Assembly: GCA_964547345.1 (NCBI GenBank)
Contig: CAZJMX010000006.1
Location: forward strand, 41,187 to 105,186
Reading direction: 5' to 3'
Origin: an uncultured Smithella sp.
GTDB lineage: Bacteria > Desulfobacterota > Syntrophia > Syntrophales > Smithellaceae
Length of the DNA stretch: 64,000 nt
In this document: positions 46,357-54,472 of the stretch, in pieces
Layout: each line of letters starts with the position of its first letter
Position numbering within the stretch: position 1 is the stretch's first letter
Notes under the pieces: generated by a model
Databases searched by the model: none
Told to the model about the DNA's origin: nothing
What the model saw: only the letters and a program-made list of their open reading frames with translations
Position numbers and translations under genes: made by a program

Positions 46357-48624
46357 TCACTGATATTTAAATTCAAGCTGGCCTGCCTTAAACCCAACCG
46401 TGACGCTGCCGCCCTTTTTCAGTCTGCCGAAGAGCAGCTCTTCGGCAAGCGCATCTTTGATCTCCGTTTGAATGAGCTTGGCCAGCGGCCTTGCGCCGAA
46501 TTTATCATCGTACCCTTTTTCGGCCAGCCATCCTCTTGCGGCATCGGTCACGTCCAGTTTCACTTTTTTCCCGCCTAGCTGCGAGCCCAGATCATTGATA
46601 AACTTATCGACGACTTTTTTCATGACGGCGGGGGTAAGCGGGTTGAAGGTGATGATCGCGTCAAGCCGATTGCGAAATTCAGGATTAAAGAGTTTTTTGA
46701 TCGCCTCGCCGCCCTTCGATCTTGCATCGGCTTTTCTGTCACCGAATCCGATCGTCCCCCTTTCCATCTCCTTTGCACCGGCATTGGAAGTCATGATGAG
46801 GATGACATTCCTGAAGTCAGCCTTCTTTCCATTGTTGTCCGTCAGCGTTGAGTAGTCCATCACTTGAAGCAATATGCTGAAAATATCGGGATGCGCTTTT
46901 TCGATCTCGTCGAGCAACAGAACCGAGTATGGGTGCTTCCTGACCGCATCGGTCAGCAGGCCGCCCTGATCAAAGCCGACATAACCGGGAGGCGCACCAA
47001 TCAACCTCGCCACAGCATGCTTTTCCATATATTCGCTCATATCGAAACGCGTGAAATTTACACCGAGCACGCATGCCATCTGCTTTGCGACCTCGGTCTT
47101 GCCGACACCCGTGGGCCCCGCAAAAAGGAAGGAGCCAATCGGCCGCTCCGGTACACCCAAACCCGCACGCGATCTCTTGATGGCGGAGACCAGCGAATGG
47201 ATGGCGCTGTCCTGACCAAAGACCACAGCTTTAATTTCCGTCTCCAGATCTCTCAATTTGTCCGTGTCGGACGCGGAGATGGTGAGTGAGGGTATCCGGG
47301 CGATATGCGCGACAATGGCCTCAATCTCCTTGACGCCGACCACGGGTTTGCTCTTGCCGCAAACAAGCAGCTTTCGCGTTGCACCTGCTTCATCAATCAC
47401 GTCAATGGCCTTGTCCGGCATAAACTTGTCATTGACATATTTTGCGGAAAGTTCGGCGGCAGCCTTGATGGCGGCATCCGTGTAACGGACACCATGGAAA
47501 TCTTCGTAATATGAACGCAGGCCTTTTAATATATCAATTGTTTCCTCTATGCTGGGCTCGTGAAGTTCTATCTTCTGGAACCGCCTTGAAAGAGCGCGGT
47601 CTTTCTCAAAATAGTTTTTGAATTCCTCATACGTGCTGGCGCCGATGCAGCGAAGCCAGCCGGAATTGAGCACCGGTTTCAAGATATTCGAGGCATCCAT
47701 CGAACCGCCGCTGGTCGCTCCCGCGCCGACGATGGTATGAATCTCATCGATAAAGAGGATGACGCCGGGAATCTTTTCGAGTTCCCTGATGGTGGCCTTC
47801 AGGCGTGCCTCAAAATCACCGCGGTATTTAGTGCCCGCAAGCAGCGCTCCCATATCAAGCGAATAAAGGGTCGTGTCCTTAAGCGGTTCAGGGATAGATC
47901 CCTTGTGGATATTGAGCGCAAGACCCTCTACCAGCGCGGTCTTTCCCACGCCCGGTTCACCGACGAACACGATATTGTTTTTCCGGCGCCGGCTGAGCAC
48001 CTGTATGGTGCGGAGAAGCTCGGCTTCGCGGCCCACCAGCGGGTCGATCTCTCCTGCCGCTGCCTTTTCGATCAGATTGATGGTGTAGAGCTTCAAGGGA
48101 TCTTTAGACACGGGCCGCGTGGGCTCGGTCTGGCCGGTGCCGGGTTCCCGCATTGGGTCTTCAAGCGGCAATCCGTCCTTCTCGTCCCCACTGAAACCTG
48201 CTCCGCCGTGGGATATGTAATTGAGCACATCAAGGCGCGAGATGCCCTCCTCCTCAAGAAAATGCGCGGCAAAGGAATCGGGTTCACCATAAAGCGCCGC
48301 CAGAAGATCGCCTGCCTCGACCTCGGCCTTTTCGGCAGACTGGACATGTATGATCGCCTGCTGAATCACCCTTTGGAATCCCAGCGCAGGGACAGGGTTG
48401 GAACGCTTGCCCGGAGGAAGTACAGGGATGTTCTTGGCGAAGAAGGCCTCGATATTGTTTTTAATTCTAGCGACATCGCCGCCGCAGCCTGTGACGATCT
48501 CGATACCCAGTTCGTCATGGATGAGCGCAAACAGGATATGCTCGGCAGTCAGATATTCATGCCGACGTTTTTTTGCATCTTGGATCACTGCATCGAGCGC
48601 CAAGCTCAGTTCTTTATTGATCAT
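46357..48624 (-). CDS. clpA: ATP-dependent Clp protease ATP-binding subunit
   Basis: Two AAA+ modules (GEPGVGKT, GPTGVGKT), no ClpB middle domain; IGF loop; ATGA overlap with clpS. Confidence 0.96.
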   Translation of the reverse strand: MINKELSLALDAVIQDAKKRRHEYLTAEHILFALIHDELGIEIVTGCGGDVARIKNNIEAFFAKNIPVLPPGKRSNPVPALGFQRVIQQAIIHVQSAEKAEVEAGDLLAALYGEPDSFAAHFLEEEGISRLDVLNYISHGGAGFSGDEKDGLPLEDPMREPGTGQTEPTRPVSKDPLKLYTINLIEKAAAGEIDPLVGREAELLRTIQVLSRRRKNNIVFVGEPGVGKTALVEGLALNIHKGSIPEPLKDTTLYSLDMGALLAGTKYRGDFEARLKATIRELEKIPGVILFIDEIHTIVGAGATSGGSMDASNILKPVLNSGWLRCIGASTYEEFKNYFEKDRALSRRFQKIELHEPSIEETIDILKGLRSYYEDFHGVRYTDAAIKAAAELSAKYVNDKFMPDKAIDVIDEAGATRKLLVCGKSKPVVGVKEIEAIVAHIARIPSLTISASDTDKLRDLETEIKAVVFGQDSAIHSLVSAIKRSRAGLGVPERPIGSFLFAGPTGVGKTEVAKQMACVLGVNFTRFDMSEYMEKHAVARLIGAPPGYVGFDQGGLLTDAVRKHPYSVLLLDEIEKAHPDIFSILLQVMDYSTLTDNNGKKADFRNVILIMTSNAGAKEMERGTIGFGDRKADARSKGGEAIKKLFNPEFRNRLDAIITFNPLTPAVMKKVVDKFINDLGSQLGGKKVKLDVTDAARGWLAEKGYDDKFGARPLAKLIQTEIKDALAEELLFGRLKKGGSVTVGFKAGQLEFKYQ

Positions 48625-48947
48625 TCCCTCTCCATTGTACATTTCAGCGGAAATTGATTTTGGGCCGCCATTTCATGCACCGCTATGATTTTTGTCTCGG
48701 CAATCTCCCGCGTATATAAGCCACAAAGGCCCGCCCCCTTTTTATGCACACTCAGCATAATCTGAGTCGCCTCGGCAGGCGACTTGTGAAAAACCGTCTC
48801 CAGCACGTGGATGACGAATTCCATGGTAGTATAGTCATCATTGAGCAGGATGACGCGATACCGGGAAGGCTCTTTCGCCTCCTGCCGCTCTTTTTCGGCA
48901 ACATTTTCATCTGATTTAATCTTCTCTTCGTTCATGACCATCCCCAA
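48621..48947 (-). CDS. clpS: Clp protease adaptor
   Basis: YRVILLNDDYTTMEFV and FPLKCTME motifs. Confidence 0.96.
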   Translation of the reverse strand: MGMVMNEEKIKSDENVAEKERQEAKEPSRYRVILLNDDYTTMEFVIHVLETVFHKSPAEATQIMLSVHKKGAGLCGLYTREIAETKIIAVHEMAAQNQFPLKCTMERE

Positions 48948-49100
48948 ACGTTAATCTGATTGTAGTTTGCACGGAAATATTCCACCGGTCAATAGCAAAG
49001 GCAGGAGATGGGGGAACTGCGGAATGGCAGAATTATTTTTTGTAGCCCTTACCGAATCCATCATATTGAAAATCTATAGACAATTGATATTTTTTCGAGA

Positions 49101-49646
49101 TCAATCTTCGTATGGCCCTAAAAATCTCTCCCCGTTGAAATGAATTAAATGTGTGGGTGCATCCGCCACCCAAACCTCTGTTTCCCAAGAGATATCGTTC
49201 AGATATTTCAGCATGGCGCGCCGATCCATAAAAGCGGTCACAAATACCAGACCGGCGCTTGAACCCGCAAACAAATCTTTTAGCTCTGCCCTTCTTTTGG
49301 GATTCACCGGCCCATGACTGGTCACCGCTTCAATGAGAAGCAGCCAGTTTTTCTTTGCATGATAGACCACAACGTCCGGCATCTTGCCGTGCTCTTCTAT
49401 CTTTACACCCAGAGAAGACAATGTAACTGCATCATAGTAAGCCCATTTCAATTGCGTATCGCCCACGTAAATCATATGGCCGCCAGGGGTGTATAGAGCG
49501 CAAAAATCTTTGATGACTTTCTTTATGAGAATATTTAGCCGATCGGGAGAGAACCTGATTTTCTGGCCCTCCGCAAACTGCACGGGCACTCTGGGCATCA
49601 CCCGTTTATTTTCGTCTCTTTTCTTCACAGTTTTGAATGCGGGCAT
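49101..49646 (-). CDS. stand-alone C-terminal catalytic domain of a BsuBI/PstI-family restriction endonuclease (truncated gene or remnant)
   Basis: YVGDT, HGKMPDVV, LIEAVTSHGP, WETEVW and HFNGERFLGPY motifs; N-terminal region absent; GAGGA RBS before ATG 49646. Confidence 0.75.
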   Translation of the reverse strand: MPAFKTVKKRDENKRVMPRVPVQFAEGQKIRFSPDRLNILIKKVIKDFCALYTPGGHMIYVGDTQLKWAYYDAVTLSSLGVKIEEHGKMPDVVVYHAKKNWLLLIEAVTSHGPVNPKRRAELKDLFAGSSAGLVFVTAFMDRRAMLKYLNDISWETEVWVADAPTHLIHFNGERFLGPYED

Positions 49647-49822
49647 CTGTATTTCCTCAGATTTGCTTTCATGGGCACAAAATGCTTCTTCTATTTTCAC
49701 TTCGTTTCACTTTTTATTTATTGTCTTTGCCATCACTGTTCGATTCCGATAAGGTTAGCTTGAAAAAATTGCTGATGTGATTAATCTCTTGTTTCCTTTG
49801 AATATAGATTTTAAAATAAATT

Positions 49823-50539
49823 TCAACTCATCTTGACCCAAAGGTGGCACAAGTCGATTATGTCAAGGCCGCCCTTTCTCAGATGTTGTGATTTGAAAGT
49901 ACTGATCCCTGTGGCCGAATCGTTGCTAAGCAGTTGCAGCATGTCAGTTTCGCTCCAGACCGAATCAGGTTCAACCACTAGGTCCCGAATCCAGATGTTT
50001 ACTTGGCCAAGCCAGTGATTAAAGGAGCGATCCTGAATATATGCGATCATTGCTGCAAAATTATGCGCAGCGCCGTGATGGCCGAATTTGAATCGCTGGA
50101 TACCACCTGTCGTACCGGGTTCTGTAGTAACGTATTCTCGCTCGTCTCGGTCTTTTTCTTTCGGCGTTGGGAGGCGCTTGCACTCGATAGGGAATAGCGC
50201 GTCAAATTGTGAGTACCATTTATTTTCAATGATAAGCATAGCGGCACGTGGTTTCACGGTAAGATCTATTTTTCTGTTGCCAAGTGTTTCATCGCTCGTT
50301 TCTGTTCGGAACTGGACATGGCTCCAAGCGTTCGAGTAGTAGGCGGCAGTATTGAGGTAATCGCATAGATATTCTGTCAATTTCGTTTCCGTATGTTCTG
50401 CTGGTCGGTCAGGATGGTCGCGCCATAGGGGAAGTTGCTGGGCAATAAAGCCTACGAGTTCCAGCTTCGCTGTGGAAGGCAGTTGAATATCCGGATCGAG
50501 CTTGCCTGATTGAATGATGTTGAAACTGTCTGTCAGCAT
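49823..50539 (-). CDS. hypothetical protein, putative PD-(D/E)xK nuclease
   Basis: E..LT, KIDL...IECKRL and GGIQRFK motifs; starts 11 bp after the methyltransferase stop. Confidence 0.6.
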   Translation of the reverse strand: MLTDSFNIIQSGKLDPDIQLPSTAKLELVGFIAQQLPLWRDHPDRPAEHTETKLTEYLCDYLNTAAYYSNAWSHVQFRTETSDETLGNRKIDLTVKPRAAMLIIENKWYSQFDALFPIECKRLPTPKEKDRDEREYVTTEPGTTGGIQRFKFGHHGAAHNFAAMIAYIQDRSFNHWLGQVNIWIRDLVVEPDSVWSETDMLQLLSNDSATGISTFKSQHLRKGGLDIIDLCHLWVKMS

Positions 50540-50550
50540 CCTTGTTAATC

Positions 50551-53400
50551 CTAAAACCCTTGTTCGGCCAAATCGGCAAGTGTCTCATCCGCATCCCGGA
50601 GAGCGATAGAGCGAAGCCAGTATCTCAAACGGTTGGGCTTGAGAAGGTACATGCAGGCTCCGTCATAAAGTCGGGCAATACGAGTTACATTGAGACCTGC
50701 ATTGCGTTCTTCGCGCAACAGAACGTCGAGTTTCCCTTTAAGTTCATCCGCTCCGGTCCAGTCCACCTTTCCCCTACCAAAGACATAAGGCTGACAAATC
50801 ACACCCGGCCAATCATATTCATCTAAAGCACGTAGTTTATTCTTTTTGTAAACGCTGTTGATCCTGGTTGTGAAAACGTCGTTGAACGCGGGCAGAGCGG
50901 CAAGTCCGGCCTCTTTCATGGCAAGAGAGTCCTCGCCGAGGCGAATAATATCACGATAATAATCTACTATATCGGAGGCGATGATTTGTTCTAAGGAAGC
51001 CATAGAAAGCGAACCGCTCTCTGGAAATGGAAGCGAGAGAATATCAATTTCTGATAATGTAGTAGCCTTCTGTGTAAAGAGTCTAACGCTGATAGCTGCA
51101 GCAAATGCTTGAAGTGGAATTTTATCTTTCTTGAGCCATGCTTCTATTTCTGCGAGCAAAGAAACGTCACTCGGCTTTGAGCCGATGATACCAACGACTT
51201 TATTCTTGTAAGTGAGATAGCCGGAAAGCCAAGCCGCAAAATCCATATCCATGTGCTCACGAATCAGCAGCATTGGCGATGAAAAGCGTCTTGGTGTATA
51301 AGAGGTCTTGAATAGAGTGTCATTTACCTTGGTTATTGCGCTCTTGTCAATACCGTTGGCTGTGATGGCTTCGGAAGGAAGAAGTGGCTTTCCCGTCAGA
51401 TGCGGAGCTGGTGATCTCTTCCCAGATTTTCCAACGATAAATCCCTCTCCATAGTCCCATTTCATATCGGCGGCAAACTGCCCAAGTGTTCTGTATTTCC
51501 TTAGCCGATCCACGAACCCACTCACGCGTCCTCCACCGAGCAGGTTACATCGCCACACAGCATCATTGCTCAGGACCAAAGACCGAGGCAACCAGTGCAT
51601 ATCGTAATAATCAATGTCAAAGCCCTGCTCCGCATCGACGCGGCCACTGCGGCGGAATGTCGCGTGGAGAATTCGGCGATTCGGAGGCGGTACTCGAGAT
51701 TCGGCAACGACGATAACAACCTTGGTATCTGCTCCACCCTTCTGGAAAAGACCACGGACTGAGATGAAATCAAGGATTTCCCGGACATCCCAATGCTCCA
51801 TGAATTTGCGCCGAAAACTCAGCGACTGCTGGTTGTAAAGAAAATTATACTGTTGGAGCATGGAAAGCACACCACCGGTAGCCAACATCTCCATGGATTC
51901 GTGAAGAAAGAGATAGGCAATCTGCTTGTCTGGCAGAGCGCCGTATTCCTTCTGGTATTGGTCATAGGCCCTTTGCGCACCATCAGTGTCCAGTTTCGAG
52001 GCAAAAGGTGGATTGCCAACGATTACGCCGACCGGCTCCTTAATCATTTTCTTTTCGCGAGTTTCGAAGAAGCAACCTTTGTGGATGGTGGTTCCCTTTA
52101 AGGATCGGAAGAGTTTCACGCTGGATCGAATCTCCTCTGGTTTCAGCGCATCGCAGAGCGCGAGGCAAAGGCTGAACGCAGCGAGTTCGACTGCATCTTC
52201 CTCGACATCCACACCCCGGAGCCTTTTTGTAAGCAATTTTTTAAGGATTGTTTGGGGTGGCGGTGCCCAGTCGTTTCGAGAACGCCAGTGGAGCACCAGT
52301 CGTTTATAGGCTTCAACGAGAAAAATGCCAGATCCACAAGCCGGGTCCAGAATGACTTCGTCATTCTTTTCCAGTCGATCCAGCCTCTCCCAACTTAAGA
52401 CTTCGCCAATCATTAGGCGGACGACAAAATGTGGCGTATAGACCGCCGTTTCCGTGTCATTAACGAAAAGCTGGTAGATGTGGCTGATAAATTCCACCGG
52501 CAAGTCGGCAAAGGAATATCGCTGCCAAAGCGTACGTTGACCGTTAGGTTCCTGCCGTCCTTCCACAAGACAGGCATAATGGACAAGTTGTCCGTTACCG
52601 CAAAGCCTGTCGCGATCCTCGTCGTCAAGGACGAACACATGCCCGTTGAATCGTTCTTCCAGGTGATCGAGCAAAGCGACAAGAGCCTGACCATCCGCAA
52701 GCACTTGGAAGAAATTGTCCGCTCCAGGCAAAAAACGGCTAAAAAAGCCGGGCTCAAAAACTTTTCGCTTTTCGAGATATGCTATAAGCACCGAAAGAAT
52801 GAGCAAGCGTCGCCGAAGTTTTTTGGGGAGGAAGCCTTTATCGTTAAGTTCCTGGTGCAATTCCTGAACTGCGGTAATAAGTGTCTTTTGTGCTGATTGC
52901 CTGCTGGATAGGAGTTGTTTGCATACTGCCGGATCATCCCAGAGCGTTCCGGTGCGGAGCCGTTCGGCATTCCACCAGGGTTCTGCGGCGATTTGGGAAG
53001 AGAGTTTCAGCGTGCGAAAGGGTTTGCAAACGATTTCGCCACCACTTTCGAAGTCAGGCCGGTGTGCACAACGGAAAAGCTGCACTAAACCGCTTGTAAA
53101 ACGATACACAAGCGGCACACCACCCCAACTCCAAAGTCGTTGGTGCAATTCACCGAAATTACAGCCCTGTGCTGGCCCATCCGAGTGATAGAGGAATGCC
53201 TGCGCTATAGGTGTTTTGCCATCACGAGGTGCTTCGAAGAATACAGCATCCGCCAGATAATGCTCGGCCTTTTCCATTATGGCTACTTCTTCGGCGGGTC
53301 GATTGGTCGGGATGTAACCCTGAACAGGCACAAGGCCGTCCACAACATCATGGCTGCCGGAAACATTGAAATCTATTAGCCACTTTCCAGGATTATCCAT
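50551..53400 (-). CDS. large N6-adenine DNA methyltransferase (type IIG/Eco57I-like architecture)
   Basis: ISHIYQLF, YTPHFVV, motif I ILDPACGSGIFL and motif IV VGNPPF; long N- and C-terminal extensions. Confidence 0.88.
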   Translation of the reverse strand: MDNPGKWLIDFNVSGSHDVVDGLVPVQGYIPTNRPAEEVAIMEKAEHYLADAVFFEAPRDGKTPIAQAFLYHSDGPAQGCNFGELHQRLWSWGGVPLVYRFTSGLVQLFRCAHRPDFESGGEIVCKPFRTLKLSSQIAAEPWWNAERLRTGTLWDDPAVCKQLLSSRQSAQKTLITAVQELHQELNDKGFLPKKLRRRLLILSVLIAYLEKRKVFEPGFFSRFLPGADNFFQVLADGQALVALLDHLEERFNGHVFVLDDEDRDRLCGNGQLVHYACLVEGRQEPNGQRTLWQRYSFADLPVEFISHIYQLFVNDTETAVYTPHFVVRLMIGEVLSWERLDRLEKNDEVILDPACGSGIFLVEAYKRLVLHWRSRNDWAPPPQTILKKLLTKRLRGVDVEEDAVELAAFSLCLALCDALKPEEIRSSVKLFRSLKGTTIHKGCFFETREKKMIKEPVGVIVGNPPFASKLDTDGAQRAYDQYQKEYGALPDKQIAYLFLHESMEMLATGGVLSMLQQYNFLYNQQSLSFRRKFMEHWDVREILDFISVRGLFQKGGADTKVVIVVAESRVPPPNRRILHATFRRSGRVDAEQGFDIDYYDMHWLPRSLVLSNDAVWRCNLLGGGRVSGFVDRLRKYRTLGQFAADMKWDYGEGFIVGKSGKRSPAPHLTGKPLLPSEAITANGIDKSAITKVNDTLFKTSYTPRRFSSPMLLIREHMDMDFAAWLSGYLTYKNKVVGIIGSKPSDVSLLAEIEAWLKKDKIPLQAFAAAISVRLFTQKATTLSEIDILSLPFPESGSLSMASLEQIIASDIVDYYRDIIRLGEDSLAMKEAGLAALPAFNDVFTTRINSVYKKNKLRALDEYDWPGVICQPYVFGRGKVDWTGADELKGKLDVLLREERNAGLNVTRIARLYDGACMYLLKPNRLRYWLRSIALRDADETLADLAEQGF

Positions 53401-53579
53401 CGGTAAACTCTCATTTGATCGGATGTTAATAAATAATTATATCAAAAAAATCTTCCGCTATCTTTTGCGGAACGATTTGTGAGAAACCTCCCCTGTTTTT
53501 GATGAGACAAGTTATTTGCAAGCCAGCAACACTTCCCCATCCAAGCTGGTTATTCAAAGAAGTGATGTCCGAATTTACA

Positions 53580-53738
53580 TCACTGCGTCAGCAGTTTTTC
53601 CAGCTCGATAAATATCTTGCTCAAATTCTCCGGCTGCGTGCCGCCGGCTTGGGCCATGTCGGGGCGGCCGCCGCCTTTGCCGCCGACCAGTGGGGCCAGT
53701 TCCTTGATGATGTTGCCGGCATGGAATTTCGAGGCCAG
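53580..53738 (-). repeat. second, diverged copy of the alaS 3' end (52 codons plus stop)
   Basis: Direct repeat of 54473-54631 at offset 893; 50-bp identical core 53638-53687 = 54531-54580; 44/52 aa identical. Confidence 0.95.
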
Positions 53739-53957
53739 TTAACGCTCTCTTCCTCTTCTAACAATTTCAACGATTTCTTTTGTCGTAACATTTGCCTTAA
53801 TGGATCTAACATTCAACGGGGAAGAGACTATCTTTTCCGGAACCAAGGCAAAAGTTCGTCCATCCTTTCTTTGAATTAAAACCTTACCCGTGGTTTCAGC
53901 CTGTTCAAGCACGGCAGCAAGCTTTTGACGGGCTTCTGAATATGTGTAAACTTGCAT
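53739..53957 (-). CDS. Phd/YefM-type antitoxin
   Basis: YTYSEARQKLAAVLEQA...VLIQRKDG; GGAGG RBS at the end of the toxin gene. Confidence 0.8.
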   Translation of the reverse strand: MQVYTYSEARQKLAAVLEQAETTGKVLIQRKDGRTFALVPEKIVSSPLNVRSIKANVTTKEIVEIVRRGRER

Positions 53958-53958
53958 A

Positions 53959-54351
53959 TTAAACCTCCAAGGTTTCGATGTTTAGCAGCTGCGCGGCTAC
54001 TTTGAGCTTACGATCCAATGTCAAAAGAGGCGCATTATGTCTGATCGCACAATCCACAAAATATGCATCGTAAGCATACAGGTTACTTTGTTTAGATATT
54101 TTTAAAGCGTGGACAAAGTCTGTCTTGATATACCTAAGCGGTATACTATCATAAATGATTAAGCCTTCTTGGGCTGCTTCCAGTGTGAGTCTGTTTTGTT
54201 TAAACATGGCAGAGAAAGCATTTCCGACTTCCCACGGAGTTGACCCAGGCGCTATCAATGTATTACCAGTTGTTAATTCAATAATCCTATTGCGCTCAGG
54301 TTCATCCACAATAACCGCAAGCAGAGCAGAGGTATCAATGACAATATCCAT
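53959..54351 (-). CDS. PIN-domain (VapC-like) toxin
   Basis: VIDTSA, WEV, YAYDAY and LLTLD provide the acidic tetrad. Confidence 0.9.
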   Translation of the reverse strand: MDIVIDTSALLAVIVDEPERNRIIELTTGNTLIAPGSTPWEVGNAFSAMFKQNRLTLEAAQEGLIIYDSIPLRYIKTDFVHALKISKQSNLYAYDAYFVDCAIRHNAPLLTLDRKLKVAAQLLNIETLEV

Positions 54352-54380
54352 TCACATCCCCCAAACATGTATTCGTGACA

Positions 54381-54408
54381 ATTGTACAACAATAGCTGCT
54401 TTTGTCAA
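54381..54408 (-). promoter_or_regulatory. TA promoter with a TGTACA palindrome over the -10 box
   Basis: Minus strand TTGACA-16-TACAAT; ttgtacaa at 54382-54389. Confidence 0.6.
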
Positions 54409-54472
54409 GTTTCAGCGATAGCCAGATTCGGCAACAACCTCGAACCCCGGAACAACAAAACCATTTTATTTG

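Noticed and set aside
39382-48657. Antisense ORFs of about 300 aa (39382-40296 and 47737-48657)
   Set aside because: They lie opposite the FadB-like gene and clpA/clpS and show no recognisable protein features.
53580-53957. Stop-codon readthrough giving an antitoxin-AlaS C-terminal fusion (and likewise an HGSNAT-hydrolase fusion)
   Set aside because: Both stops are TAA with no recoding signal visible; an in-frame junction has a 1-in-3 chance anyway.
48948-54472. Island as a prophage, ICE or IS element
   Set aside because: No integrase, transposase, relaxase or phage gene, and no terminal inverted repeats recognised.
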